Positions 28,956 to 39,427 are shown, counted from the stretch's first letter. The stretch is 64,000 bases of DNA from an uncultured Nitrososphaerota archaeon (GCA_964416155.1 CAYQCW010000010.1:24484-88483); one strand, 5' to 3'. The notes: generated from the letters alone by a model not told the origin. Translations and numbers: made by a program.

Positions 28956-29188
28956 CTTAAAATCGAGTATTCACATCCGGATTACGCGGATACTCAATGC
29001 AGGATGCCTGGCGTAGAACGCCTTGACCCTCGAACAATCGTTATCCGTGGAAACGACTTGCTTGAAGCGATGAGAAGAATAGGCCGGTGTCAACTTTACA
29101 AAGAATCGCGTCTCTTTATAATGCAACCAACCCGTTCATTCTCGTTTTTCGCTTCACCTGTTCATCATGCTGATTCGCGATCGTTGCT

Positions 29189-30522
29189 TCACCTTCTTGC
29201 CGTCCAGAAGGTGCTCCATCCGCCGAAATTCCCGCCGCGTTTAGAGTCCCCCGGTAGAAGATCCATATAGTTTTCAGCAACCTTCCTGAATGCTTGAGCA
29301 TACTCTTCAATGACCTCAGGCCTATAATGCTTGAACCATGGGACGGTGAACACGCGCTCCTGCACGCTCTCTGAAACCGGGAGACTGCCGGGCGGCTGCC
29401 TCACGTCAACACCCGGAGGAGAATTCGCTATGCGTGTCGGTTTACCCTGGTTGTAGACATCCATCTCGTTGAACAACGGGTGTAAATGCAGCGGGAGGTT
29501 GCATCCCGGATAGCAGGGGGCTCCCTCTGCCCTTACTGCTTCGCAGAACCGGTTAACAGATAGGCCTCCTAACTTCTCCGGATGGTAGATGCCGTGGGGC
29601 GTGTACCATCCGCCCTTGGTTGACCCAGAGTCTTTCGGAGGCCTATTGCTCTTGATTCCGGGGACGTCTTCAAGCAGGTCCCAGAAGTAGTTCATGGCCT
29701 TATCTATCTCAGCCATAAGCGCCGGGTAATGCTTCAGCTGAACACGGCCCACTGCGGAGGTTAACTGGTGCATCCTATACTTGTACCCTCCCCAGGGCAG
29801 CCCTGCTCCACGCTTAAGGTGTTCCAGTGTTAAGGCGAACCCGTGGCGCTCATAATGGCCGAAGGCCACAGCCCTTTCATAAACCCGCCTGTCATTCGTA
29901 GTCATCATTCCTCCCTCGCCGCAGGGCAGGGATTTGCCGGACATCAGTGAGAAGCCTGCAGCATCTCCAAAGGTTCCAACCATTCTACCCTTGTAAAGAG
30001 CGCCGTGGGCGTGGGAACAATCCTCAACCATCATCAAGCCGTTCCTCTCAGCTATCTTCATTATAGCATCCATATCTGCTGGCATTCCGAGATAGTGGAC
30101 AACCATGATAGCCTTCTTGGAGTAATCCAGCGTTCAATATCTTTAGGATCTATGCAGAGCGTTTCAGGATCAATGTCGGCGAAGACAACGGTTCCACCAA
30201 GCGAGTAGACCTGTAGGCAGGAGGCCCAGTAAGTGATGCTTGGACAAATAATCTCGTCTCCCTTCCCTATGCCTATGCCGAACATCGCGCTATGCAGAGC
30301 GGCGGTTCCAGTGTTATGTGCTAGCGCGTATCCCACGCCCAACCATTGGGCGAACTCCTCCTCGAATCTTTGAGTCACGTCTATGTCTGACATTTTCCCG
30401 GCGCGTAGCACTTCTAAAACAGCATCCTCAATCTCCTGTGTTATAATCGGTCAAGAGAATATGTCTAAATGTTCAGATTCGACAGTCTTCGAACCCCCTA
30501 GGAGAGCTAGGTTGCTTTTCAA
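29189..30522 (-). pseudogene. DegT/DnrJ/EryC1/StrS aminotransferase, disrupted
   Basis: TTG 30522 LKSNLALLGG..., with in-frame TGA at 30451-30453 where WP is expected, and a frameshift near 30115 (ITPR/KAIMVVH). EDCSHA and SGKSL motifs lie downstream. Confidence 0.85.
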
Positions 30523-30624
30523 CCTTTAAACCATCATTACACTGTTTCAGCGGATAGTTAAATATAGCGTGCGCTTAAAAGTCAGGCCGAATGCTTAAAT
30601 AACTTGCTTCGCAGGGCGGTAGAC

Positions 30625-31521
30625 ATGATCATCGACATTCACGCTCATTGTTCCCCTAGACGAAGCTGGCTTACCTACGATCCTGTTAAAAACCAGTATA
30701 TACCGTGGATAACAGTGTCTGAACTCGTTAAGCGGATGGAGGAAGAGGGGATAGACATAACGGTGATTCTCCCACTGCCAAGCCCGGAAAGCTCCATAGA
30801 GCCTGTGACCAACCGCGATGTTATAGAGTTCAGCAAAAAATATGAAAGCAGGCTAATCCCCTTTTGCAACCCGGATCCAAGGCTGAACGCCGGCTCGGAA
30901 AAAAGCCTAAGATTCATAATGGAGGAGTATAAAAGCGAAGGATGTAAAGGCGTGGGTGAAATAACTGCCAACATATATTTTGACGACTCGAGGACCTTGA
31001 GCCTTTTCAAGGTTTGCGAAGAATTAGGGCTCCCCGTAATATTCCATATTGGTCCCTACCTAGGTGGTTGCTACGGCCTTGTGGATGAGCCCGGCCTGCC
31101 TAGGCTTGAGAAGTGTCTAAAAACGTTTCCAAGCCTGATATTCATAGGGCACTCTCAACCATTCTGGGCCGAGATATCTGGAGACCTTAAGCCGGAGGAT
31201 AGGAACAGTTACCCAACAGGCAGGGTTGCTCCAGGCGGAAGAATCGCCGACCTATTCAGAAGCTATCAAAACCTTTACGGGGATCTTTCAGCCGGCAGCG
31301 GGTATAACGCTATTTCGAGGGACCCGGAGTTCGGAGTCCAATTCTTGGAGGAGTTTCAAGACCGGTTGATGCTCGGAACAGACTTGGACACGCCGGGTCA
31401 AAAAATACCCCAGCTGAAATATCTGCACAGCTTGAGGGAAGAAGGAAAAATATCTAGGGAAACCCATGATAAAATCATGTATAGAAATGCTGCGAGAGTC
31501 TTGAGGCTTGACTTAGAATAG
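30625..31521 (+). CDS. Amidohydrolase_2 family metallo-hydrolase
   Basis: IDIHAH, GVGE, PVIFH, IGH, GTD. Confidence 0.85.
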   Translation: MIIDIHAHCSPRRSWLTYDPVKNQYIPWITVSELVKRMEEEGIDITVILPLPSPESSIEPVTNRDVIEFSKKYESRLIPFCNPDPRLNAGSEKSLRFIMEEYKSEGCKGVGEITANIYFDDSRTLSLFKVCEELGLPVIFHIGPYLGGCYGLVDEPGLPRLEKCLKTFPSLIFIGHSQPFWAEISGDLKPEDRNSYPTGRVAPGGRIADLFRSYQNLYGDLSAGSGYNAISRDPEFGVQFLEEFQDRLMLGTDLDTPGQKIPQLKYLHSLREEGKISRETHDKIMYRNAARVLRLDLE

Positions 31522-31547
31522 GCTGTAAGCCCTCACACGGGTTTAAA

Positions 31548-31850
31548 TCACGCCAGCGGAAGCCTCACCATCTCACTATTTCTACTCGACGGTAGATAGC
31601 GTTGATGATTTCGAGACTTCCTCCCCTCCTCGCCAGAAATCTTTGGCTCCCTGTCCTCCAAGATGGCTTAGCGCACGCTCCAAAGGCTTTTTATCGCAGT
31701 GTTCTCTCGCCCTGAACCATTCTACGGTTGCCCCCCGTAGAAAAAGGCGGCCCAGTCTACCAGTTTCCACCGCCTCCCTTACCTTGAGAACACTGGGGTC
31801 AAACCTGCCCTGAAGGTTTACACCAAGCTTCACACCAACCCTTCTAGCCC
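31548..31850 (-). pseudogene. Gfo/Idh/MocA oxidoreductase remnant with internal deletions
   Basis: GVKLGVNLQGRFDPSVLKVREAVETGRLG..VEWFR, followed by a shifted AIY.SSRNSEMVRLPL* C-terminus; no N-terminal domain. Confidence 0.6.
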
Positions 31851-31903
31851 ACGTGATTTTTAAAAAAAAGCTTGGTTTCTTCAGACCGATATGTGGCTGC
31901 AAA

Positions 31904-32182
31904 CTAGAGGGAGGCCTTCAATTTTTCAAGATACTCCTTTATGAACCTGAGGTTTTCAACCGTCTTTGGGATGAAATTCGCGTATGCTAAGCTTCTCCGA
32001 TAACCTTCCTCAACACCTTTTATAATTTCATCAATATTTTCCTTTGTAACGTTTTTCAACTTTTCCTTAAGCATTTCTAAACCTTTTATAGCGTTACTGG
32101 CTTCCGAGGAGAACATCCTGTAAGGTTTCAACTCAGCTATGCATTCGTCTATCTTAGACTCAACCTCAGACATTGAGGTCAC
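31904..32182 (-). CDS. Small helical hypothetical protein
   Basis: 92-aa amphipathic ORF with a TATA-like element upstream. Confidence 0.65.
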   Translation of the reverse strand: MTSMSEVESKIDECIAELKPYRMFSSEASNAIKGLEMLKEKLKNVTKENIDEIIKGVEEGYRRSLAYANFIPKTVENLRFIKEYLEKLKASL

Positions 32183-32277
32183 CGTGTGTAAAGCGTTTTT
32201 GGAACTATTAAATCTTACTTTCGAGAAACAAGTTTAGAGAAACATGCTTCTCATCCACGTTGAAAAAACCGTCAGGT

Positions 32278-32481
32278 TTAATCAAGCGTATTTAGATAGT
32301 TCTCCAATTCCAATATGCGTAGTTTAACCCTGCTTAAGATTTCCCTCAGCTCTTCGAAGTCCCCGCGCGATAAAGCAGTATTCAGACTCTGAACCATCTT
32401 GGATAATTCTTCAGCACACTCTATTGACTGCTTAATTCTTCCACACCCTTCTTTTTCAGCTTGACTCGGCTCGTCCAGCAT
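32278..32481 (-). CDS. Small coiled-coil hypothetical protein
   Basis: 67-aa heptad-rich ORF whose start overlaps the upstream stop. Confidence 0.55.
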   Translation of the reverse strand: MLDEPSQAEKEGCGRIKQSIECAEELSKMVQSLNTALSRGDFEELREILSRVKLRILELENYLNTLD

Positions 32482-33091
32482 TTTTAACCACCTGTAGTGC
32501 CACCTTATAAATGTCTTTCAGGCTAGCCTCCTCGCCCATCATCCCAAAGCCAGCAGCAGCTGAACCATGAAATGCCTCGTCCAAAGCCTTTAGAATAAGC
32601 CTGTCGTCCACAGGCTTCTGCCTACCCATCAGCATGTTTACGATGAGAATAGCCTCCTCGTCGGAAGCTTTATTGAGAAGCCCCGTTAAGCTTTTAACCT
32701 TGGAGGCGATGCTGCTCTTCCCGCTCATCCTGCAAGCCTCAAGCATCCCCAGATAAGCCTGGTCTATGCTCAACCTCTTCTCGAGAAGTATGCTGCTCCT
32801 CCTGCTTAAAACATCCTTCAGTCTTCCGGATTGAACTAATCCTTCAGCCACATCCTGTTTGAGAAGCGTTATTCCGGCCAAGGCTTCTGAAACTATTCTC
32901 TTTAACAAGTGTGTCCCGATAAGCCTTGAAGCCTCTCCGAAATCCATCCTCATTATCCTGAGAAGGGTTTCGAGGCAATTGGCGTCGACCTTTTTAAACA
33001 AGGCAGCAATCTCCCAGACGGCATCCTGCTCTTCCAACATGCTTAACCGGTTGAGCGCTTCAGCCACATCTCTGAACCCCTTGCCCCCCAT
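32456..33091 (-). CDS. Stand-alone ATP-dependent DNA ligase N-terminal (DNA-binding) domain
   Basis: LSIDQAY..L....SGKSS...K...L.GLL.KAS..EA..IV....GR...DD..IL.AL..AF matches the archaeal ligase DBD; no KxDG adenylation motif. Confidence 0.65.
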   Translation of the reverse strand: MGGKGFRDVAEALNRLSMLEEQDAVWEIAALFKKVDANCLETLLRIMRMDFGEASRLIGTHLLKRIVSEALAGITLLKQDVAEGLVQSGRLKDVLSRRSSILLEKRLSIDQAYLGMLEACRMSGKSSIASKVKSLTGLLNKASDEEAILIVNMLMGRQKPVDDRLILKALDEAFHGSAAAGFGMMGEEASLKDIYKVALQVVKNAGRAESS

Positions 33092-33092
33092 A

Positions 33093-33614
33093 TTACTGGA
33101 ACCCCTCGTACAGGATCTTCATGCTTCTAGGCGGCGGCGGTCTCCCGCGGGCCGCTGAATCCGAATAACCCAAGGGGGTGAGTGAAACCGCCCTATATCC
33201 TCTGGGAGCATTGAGAATCTCTTCAACCCGTCTCTCGTCGAAAGCCCCGATCCAGCATGTTGACAACCCTAGGCTTGTGGCCGCCAGCATAAGGTTCTCC
33301 ATGGATGCGCCAACGTCCAGAAGACTGTAGAGTTCAACCCCCCTCTTCCCGTAAGCCGAAGCCTCCTCCAGCGAAACCAGGTACACTATCACGATGGGGG
33401 CCTGAGATATGAATGTCTGGTTTAAAGCAGCCTCAGCGATCCGCCTTATTTTATCCTCATCCGTTACGACAACTATCCTGTAGGGATGTATGTCTCCTGC
33501 TGAGGGAGCCATGAGAGCTGCTTCAAGAACCTTGTCGAGGAGCTCCTTAGGAACCGGCTTCTTTAAGAGTGACCTCACGCTCCTCCTTTTCGAAATGCAT
33601 TCAAACGCGTCCAA
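33093..33614 (-). CDS. Nitroreductase family protein
   Basis: RRSVR, APSAG, NLMLAA..GL.TCWIGAF, LGY. Confidence 0.9.
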   Translation of the reverse strand: MDAFECISKRRSVRSLLKKPVPKELLDKVLEAALMAPSAGDIHPYRIVVVTDEDKIRRIAEAALNQTFISQAPIVIVYLVSLEEASAYGKRGVELYSLLDVGASMENLMLAATSLGLSTCWIGAFDERRVEEILNAPRGYRAVSLTPLGYSDSAARGRPPPPRSMKILYEGFQ

Positions 33615-33718
33615 CGCTTGAAGAAAACTTTACCGTTGAAGATAAGGTTTTCCATCGACACGCCTACTCCAGTCTAAGAAAAACCCCCTTCTCCCTATTA
33701 GTTTAGCCTGTTCTCCGG

Positions 33719-34039
33719 CTAGAGTATTGTTATGTTTCTTTCCGAGAAGCCGTTTTTAGACAAATAGTTGTGGACCTTCTGCCTGTGGTCGCCCTGAAGC
33801 ATTATAACATTGTTCTTAACGGTCCCGCCGCATGCGCAGTAAGTTTTAAGCTTCTTAGCAAGGCTGGCTAAGTCCACCTCTTTCGAATCAATGCCTTCGA
33901 CTATAGTCATCTGCTTGTTCCACCTCGTCACCTCAAGCCTTATTGTTATTATCTGCTCCTCCTTACTTAGCTCCTCGAAAATTTCCTTGTCGTCAAACGG
34001 CTTTATCCTTTCACCTAACGCTTCCTCTACCCCTACCAT
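33719..34039 (-). CDS. Translation initiation factor aIF1 (SUI1)
   Basis: KQMTIVEG, LAKKLK..CACGGTVK, LQGDHR. Confidence 0.9.
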   Translation of the reverse strand: MVGVEEALGERIKPFDDKEIFEELSKEEQIITIRLEVTRWNKQMTIVEGIDSKEVDLASLAKKLKTYCACGGTVKNNVIMLQGDHRQKVHNYLSKNGFSERNITIL

Positions 34040-34114
34040 TTAGGCTTTGTTCGGTAGAAGGATTCTCTAGGATGCTTAAAAACCTTTTCAACCCCGCGGA
34101 TAAAAAAAGAACCT

Positions 34115-34531
34115 TCAGGTTTCAACCCTAGCCTCCTCAGCTTTAAACTCGAACACGATGTCCCTGAGACTATCCGCAACCCCTTTTAAACGCTCCTTCA
34201 ACGGGTAGTTCTTGTCAATATCCGCAATAACCTCCCACTCAGCCAGTTTACCGGGCACTAGGGTTGTTGAGCTCGTTGCCACGAGATTTATTCCTGACGA
34301 TGCGAGCGAGTTAGCAACCTTCGCCAATGAGCCTGGTTGATCAGATATTTTAAAAACTATTCTGACGAAGATACCACCCTGCCGGGCGGGCATCAGCGTG
34401 AAAACGTTTCTTTCAGAATCATATGTTCCAACAGTCTCAGACTGCGGCCTAAGCCCCATAAGGTCTCTGACAGCTTGAGGAATCAGGATTCTACCCCTAT
34501 CATCTATTTTAAGCAGGTATGTTTTCGGCAT
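34115..34531 (-). CDS. AbrB/SpoVT DNA-binding domain plus ACT domain, putative regulator
   Basis: IDDRGRILIP..VR..MGL then DQPGSLAKVA..L...GINL; divergent from hisC. Confidence 0.8.
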   Translation of the reverse strand: MPKTYLLKIDDRGRILIPQAVRDLMGLRPQSETVGTYDSERNVFTLMPARQGGIFVRIVFKISDQPGSLAKVANSLASSGINLVATSSTTLVPGKLAEWEVIADIDKNYPLKERLKGVADSLRDIVFEFKAEEARVET

Positions 34532-34600
34532 TCTTGCCCCACCTTAGGAGGCTTGGGAAAAGCTTATAAATATGTGGGTCCCCAATGGAACATCATTCCC
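34532..34600. promoter_or_regulatory. Shared divergent promoter region of the AbrB-ACT gene and the his operon
   Basis: GAAAAGCTTATAAATA BRE/TATA-like core in a 69-bp gap between divergent starts. Confidence 0.55.
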
Positions 34601-35590
34601 ATGATATTCCCACCAAGGCCTATATGCCTAGACGCCAACGAAAACCCGTTCGGCCCGTCTCCAAGAGCCATAAATGCTTATTTTAAGACAGCTATGCGTC
34701 TAAACAGGTATCCGGACTACGTTGAGTACAGAGAGTTTATCTCCAGCCGTCTAGGGCTACAGCCCTGGGAGGTTCTTCCAACACCAGGTAGCGACAGAGG
34801 GCTGCAGACCCTGCTGCAATGCTTGTCGAAAAACTACGCGCACATCGTAATACCTTCACCAGCCTTCCTTATGTACGCACGTTTCTCCAAGCCTTTCTTC
34901 AACAGGGTTGAGCAGCCTCCTTCTTGGCTGGGCAGGGGCTGGGACGCTGTCTTCAGCCTTTCAGGCAGCGACGCTGTCCTATTGTTAGGATCGCCGAACA
35001 ATCCGACGGGGGAGGTTGTTGAAGAGAGCATTGTAAGAAGGTTTCTGAAGGAATTCGGGATGGTTATTGTGGATGAGGCATATGCCGAATACTACGGTAA
35101 AAGCTTCGTCTCATTTCTACGCGGCTTCAGCAACATAGTGTTAGTCAGGACTTTTTCTAAAGCATACGGGTTAGCGGGCTTAAGGTCTGGGTATCTTTTA
35201 GGGGAAAGCTCTGTTTTAAGAGAAGTCGAGAGAGCCATGGGGCCTTTCGATGTTCCAGCTCCGGCTGTGGAGGCTTCTAAGGCAGCTTTTGAAGACGAAG
35301 ACTGGCTTAGAATGGTTGTTGAATCAACCTCCCTGAACAGGGCCTACATGGTCGACGCGTTGAACAGGCTTGACGGTGTAAAGACCTGTGATTCTAAGGC
35401 GAATTACGTCCCGATCTATGTTGAAGACGCTCAAAGAGTTTTTGAGAAGCTTCTTGCCGAAAACATAAGGGTGCGTTTAGTAACATCTGAATGGGGAGGG
35501 GTTGAGAAAGCGTTTCTAAGAGTCACGGTTGGAACCATGGTTGAGCTGAAATGCTTCCTCAATGCTTTAAGGAGGACTCTGGCGAATTGA
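34601..35590 (+). CDS. hisC: Histidinol-phosphate aminotransferase
   Basis: LDANENP, NRYP, PNNPTG, DEAY, RTFSKAYGLAGLR. Start moved to ATG 34601. Confidence 0.9.
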   Translation: MIFPPRPICLDANENPFGPSPRAINAYFKTAMRLNRYPDYVEYREFISSRLGLQPWEVLPTPGSDRGLQTLLQCLSKNYAHIVIPSPAFLMYARFSKPFFNRVEQPPSWLGRGWDAVFSLSGSDAVLLLGSPNNPTGEVVEESIVRRFLKEFGMVIVDEAYAEYYGKSFVSFLRGFSNIVLVRTFSKAYGLAGLRSGYLLGESSVLREVERAMGPFDVPAPAVEASKAAFEDEDWLRMVVESTSLNRAYMVDALNRLDGVKTCDSKANYVPIYVEDAQRVFEKLLAENIRVRLVTSEWGGVEKAFLRVTVGTMVELKCFLNALRRTLAN

Positions 35591-36465
35591 GCAATCAGGT
35601 TTTCCTAGCCCTTCCCAGCAAGGGGAGGTTGTTCCAGCCTTCGCTTGAGCTACTGGGTTCATCAGGCCTGATAACCTATTTCCCCAATGATCGGAGTTAC
35701 CAAGCGCTATCCCGTTTAAAAGGGCTTTCGATAGTGTTCAACCGCGCGGCAGATATTCCGAGGATGGTTGAAAACGGTGTTGTAGACCTAGGCATTACTG
35801 GGAGAGACCTTGTCAAGGAATCAGGCGTAGACGTTGAGGAGGTTCTTCCACTTAACTACGGTTACGCTAAGCTCGTGATCGCAGCACCCTCCTCAAGGTT
35901 CGGCGACCTGAATGATCTGCTTAAAAAAGAAGGCTTCAAAGTGGCAACCGAGTTTCCAAACATAGCGAGAAGCTTCTTCCAAAGCCTGAATGTTAACGCT
36001 GAAGTTATAAATGTTGAAGGAACCTCGGAGACGATGCCGAACCTCGGCCTATCCGACTGCATAGTCTCAGTGATGAGCACCGGCACAACGCTTCTAGTAC
36101 ACGGATTGAAGGTTCTTTCAACAATCATGGATTCGCAAGCAGTTCTAATAGGCAACAGGAACAGCCTTAAAAACCCTGAGAAGCAACCCATTATTGGAAG
36201 CATCGTATCGATTATTCAAGCAACCCAGATGGCTCAAGGAAAGAAGCTTCTGATGATGAATGTGCCTGAAGAATGCTTGAAGGAAGTTATTAGCTGCCTG
36301 CCCTGCATGAGCGGCCCCACGATCTCTAAAGTAGAGTCTCAGAAACCCATGTGGGAAGTTATTACTGTCGTGGATTCAGACAAGGTTTTCGAAGTGGTTT
36401 ACAACGTTAAAAACAAAGGTGCGCGGGATATTCTCGTTCTAAACATCGATAAGGTGATTATTTGA
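35587..36465 (+). CDS. hisG: ATP phosphoribosyltransferase (long form)
   Basis: ALPSKGRL, RAADIP, GITG.D, VATEFP, STGTTL and C-terminal regulatory domain (GPTIS, GARDIL). Confidence 0.95.
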   Translation: MSNQVFLALPSKGRLFQPSLELLGSSGLITYFPNDRSYQALSRLKGLSIVFNRAADIPRMVENGVVDLGITGRDLVKESGVDVEEVLPLNYGYAKLVIAAPSSRFGDLNDLLKKEGFKVATEFPNIARSFFQSLNVNAEVINVEGTSETMPNLGLSDCIVSVMSTGTTLLVHGLKVLSTIMDSQAVLIGNRNSLKNPEKQPIIGSIVSIIQATQMAQGKKLLMMNVPEECLKEVISCLPCMSGPTISKVESQKPMWEVITVVDSDKVFEVVYNVKNKGARDILVLNIDKVII

Positions 36466-37181
36466 TGAAGATAATTCCGTCGATAGATCTGATGAATTCA
36501 AAGAGAGTAGAGGTAGTAAGCCATGTGGTGGATAAGGCTCTTAAAGACTCTAACCCAGTTAAAATAGCAGTGTACTGGGAGAAAGCAGGCGCACACATGA
36601 TTCACCTGGTTGACATAGATGCTGCCTTGAACACAGGGAGAAGTAACACCGGCATTATTAAGAAGATTATACGCTCAGTCGCGACACCGGTTCAAGTCGC
36701 GGGCGGAATCAGGATTAGGAGGCAGGTTGAAGACTTTCTTTCATATGGCGCTTCAAGGATCATTGTGAGGCTGAAGCCCTGCTCGATGGATGCTGTGGAC
36801 GATTTCTCAGGCTTGGAGAAGATTGTTCTAGGAATAGACTATCTGGGGAGAAACATGTTTAGAGGCATCGGTAAGGAAAGCATCACTGTTAAGGAGGAGG
36901 AGGCCGCCACCTGGGTTTTAAAGGTTGACGACGCAACAGGTTTGAAAGGAATCCTTCTAACCGATGTTGGAAGAGAAGGCTCGCTGGCAGGGTTGCGCCG
37001 TGAAACGCTTTCTTTCTTATCCATTCTTAGGGAAACAGGCTTGGAGCTCATGTATGCTGGAGGAGTTTCCTCTCTAGAAGACATTTTGACTTTGAAAAAG
37101 ACTGGTGTGGAAGGCGTGGTCGTAGGGAAAGCTTTATACAACGGGCTGCTAAGCCTAGAGGATTTAAGGAGGATTGTTTAG
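36462..37181 (+). CDS. hisA: ProFAR isomerase (divergent)
   Basis: IIPSIDL, HLVDIDAA, QVAGGIR, TDVGREG, AGGV, VGKALY. Confidence 0.85.
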   Translation: MMKIIPSIDLMNSKRVEVVSHVVDKALKDSNPVKIAVYWEKAGAHMIHLVDIDAALNTGRSNTGIIKKIIRSVATPVQVAGGIRIRRQVEDFLSYGASRIIVRLKPCSMDAVDDFSGLEKIVLGIDYLGRNMFRGIGKESITVKEEEAATWVLKVDDATGLKGILLTDVGREGSLAGLRRETLSFLSILRETGLELMYAGGVSSLEDILTLKKTGVEGVVVGKALYNGLLSLEDLRRIV

Positions 37182-37183
37182 GA

Positions 37184-37762
37184 TTGAGAACATCCATGGT
37201 TCGCAGAGAGACTGTTGAAACAGTAGTTGAGCTGGAGCTTACCTTGGACGGTGAAGGCGCGCACACTATAGAGACACCCTACCCTGTGTTCAACCACCTG
37301 CTCGGAAGCATGATTAGGTTCTCAGGCTTCAACCTTAGGCTCAAAGCTAGGAACATGGTTGAATGCGATGAACACCATTTAATCGAGGATGTTGCAATAG
37401 CTTTAGGCGAGGCTTTAAGGAGGGCTCTCGGCGAAAAAAGGGGGGTGAGCAGGTTCGGCTATTCTATTATCCCTATGGACGAGGTGCTCGCTTGTGTCTC
37501 ACTAGACTTGAGTGGAAGACCATTCTTCTCCCACAACATGCAGTTTAACCAGACAACGGTCGGCAACATGGGAACCAGCATGATCCCACACTTCTTCCGA
37601 AGCCTTTCAAACTCATCCGGCTCGACGCTTCACATCCTGATATTTAGAAACGGTGATCCGCACCACTTGGCTGAAGCCGTTTTTAAAGCTGCGGGTCTCG
37701 CTTTCAAACAGGCGGTTACAGTAACAGGTTCAACAATCCCGAGTGAAAAGGGGGCCTTGTGA
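37184..37762 (+). CDS. hisB: Imidazoleglycerol-phosphate dehydratase
   Basis: [32 protein letters not shown]. Confidence 0.95.
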   Translation: MRTSMVRRETVETVVELELTLDGEGAHTIETPYPVFNHLLGSMIRFSGFNLRLKARNMVECDEHHLIEDVAIALGEALRRALGEKRGVSRFGYSIIPMDEVLACVSLDLSGRPFFSHNMQFNQTTVGNMGTSMIPHFFRSLSNSSGSTLHILIFRNGDPHHLAEAVFKAAGLAFKQAVTVTGSTIPSEKGAL

Positions 37763-38526
37763 AAGAAATGGGTTTAACCAAGAGGATAATTCCGTGTCTT
37801 GACGTTTACGACGGCATAGTGGTGAAGGGTGTCAAGTTTTCAAACCTTAAGAGAATAGGGGATCCTGCGGAGCTCGCTGTTAAATACATGGAGCAGTCTG
37901 CTGACGAAATAGTTTTCCTCGATATTTCCGCCACGCCAGAGGAGAGGGAAACCATGGTGGAAGTGGTTAAGAGGACCTCTGAGAACCTTTTCATCCCTCT
38001 GACCGTTGGGGGAGGAGTTAGAAGCGTGGAGGATTTCGGTAAGCTTCTTAGAGCAGGTGCAGACAAGGTTTCAGTCAATACTGCAGCCGTCAAGGATAGG
38101 AGCCTGGTTAGAAGGGCTAGCAGTATTTTCGGGCAGCAATGCGTCGTGGTCGCTGTCGACGCTAAAAGGACTGAGAAAGGATGGGATGTCTATGTTAAAG
38201 CTGGAAAAGAGCCGACTGGGCTTGACGCGCTTGAATGGATTAAGACATGCGAATACGAGGGTGCTGGCGAAATACTTTTAACAAGCATAGATGCGGACGG
38301 CACCAGACTAGGCTACGATGTCGAACTCTTACAGGCGGCTAGGAGAAGCGTCAACATCCCTGTAATAGCCTCGGGCGGCGCCGGCTCACTGCAACACGTT
38401 TATGAGGCCCTTACCAGAGGGGGTGCTGACGCCGCGCTCATCGCTTCACTCCTGCACTATGATCAGTACAGCGTTTTAGAAATTAAGAAATGGCTAAAGG
38501 AGAGAGGGGTTGAAGTAAGGCTTTGA
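37759..38526 (+). CDS. hisF: Imidazole glycerol phosphate synthase cyclase subunit
   Basis: [34 protein letters not shown]. Confidence 0.97.
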   Translation: MKEMGLTKRIIPCLDVYDGIVVKGVKFSNLKRIGDPAELAVKYMEQSADEIVFLDISATPEERETMVEVVKRTSENLFIPLTVGGGVRSVEDFGKLLRAGADKVSVNTAAVKDRSLVRRASSIFGQQCVVVAVDAKRTEKGWDVYVKAGKEPTGLDALEWIKTCEYEGAGEILLTSIDADGTRLGYDVELLQAARRSVNIPVIASGGAGSLQHVYEALTRGGADAALIASLLHYDQYSVLEIKKWLKERGVEVRL

Positions 38527-38804
38527 CCTTCGAGTATCTGGCTGAACTGTTCGAAGTCGTGAAAAACAGGGTGTGCGAGAAGCCTAAGGGGTCTTACGTC
38601 GCGAGTATTGTCGAAATGGGAATGGACAGGGTTCTCGGAAAATTCGGGGAGGAGGCTTTTGAATTCGCCTCGGCAGTACAGGGTAACGGTGACAAGGTTG
38701 CGGAGGCAGCTGACCTTTTATTCCACTACCTTATAGTGTTGGCAGCATCCGGAGTAGAGCTTGATGAAGTTGTGAGAGAGCTCGAGAGAAGGCGTAGACA
38801 CTGA
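38523..38804 (+). CDS. hisE: Phosphoribosyl-ATP pyrophosphatase
   Basis: [23 protein letters not shown]. Confidence 0.93.
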   Translation: MTFEYLAELFEVVKNRVCEKPKGSYVASIVEMGMDRVLGKFGEEAFEFASAVQGNGDKVAEAADLLFHYLIVLAASGVELDEVVRELERRRRH

Positions 38805-39427
38805 TGAAAAAAATACTGATACTTGATTGCGGAGTCGGAAATCTCGCGAGCATAAGCGCATCTCTTAAAAGAGTAGGGGCAGACGCGAGAATAGTCTCGT
38901 CAATAGTCTTTGAAGAGGGTTTCGACGGCCTAGTTATTCCAGGGGTTGGAAGCTATTCCGCCGCTTTTAAGAAGGTTGACGAGAACCGGGGGAGGATTAT
39001 GAGCATCGTGGAGAATGGCCGCCCAGTGCTCGGAGTATGCTTAGGCCTGCAACTCATGTTCAACGGAAGCGAAGAAGGAAAGCAGGGTGAAGAGGGCCTA
39101 GGGTTTTTCAGAGGAACTGTTAAAAAGATTCCTGTTAAACGGCTTCCACACATAGGCTGGAACAGCATAGAAATAGTAGGGAAATCCGTTATTCTGAACG
39201 GCTTAGAGAGTGGCGCTTACATGTATTTTGTACACTCCTACGCTCCCTTGGATTACGATGCGGATGACGCTGTCGCCTTCGCCAGCCACGGGGGCCTAAG
39301 ATTCCCGGTTGTGTTCGAGAAGGGAAACGTTTTCGGTGTGCAGTTCCATCCTGAGAAAAGCTGGCAGCCTGGGCTAAGAATCCTTAGAAACTTCCTAAGC
39401 CTCTGCGGGGGTGAGAAAAATGTTTAA
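38804..39427 (+). CDS. hisH: Imidazole glycerol phosphate synthase glutaminase subunit
   Basis: GNLAS, PGVG, GVCLG, PHIGWN, YFVHSY, QFHPEKS. Confidence 0.95.
   Translation: MKKILILDCGVGNLASISASLKRVGADARIVSSIVFEEGFDGLVIPGVGSYSAAFKKVDENRGRIMSIVENGRPVLGVCLGLQLMFNGSEEGKQGEEGLGFFRGTVKKIPVKRLPHIGWNSIEIVGKSVILNGLESGAYMYFVHSYAPLDYDADDAVAFASHGGLRFPVVFEKGNVFGVQFHPEKSWQPGLRILRNFLSLCGGEKNV

Noticed and set aside
29100-29170. ATGATGA on the minus strand as a C/D box sRNA
   Set aside because: No CTGA D box at a suitable distance.
30451-30453. In-frame TGA at a Trp position as possible recoding or alternative genetic code
   Set aside because: The same gene has a separate frameshift, TGA ends many intact genes here, and Trp is TGG elsewhere.
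34337-34600. Long N-terminal extension of hisC (and similarly of the alcohol dehydrogenase to 20603 and GH5 to 24610) in the ORF track
   Set aside because: These overlap neighbouring genes or promoters; downstream ATGs match the family starts.
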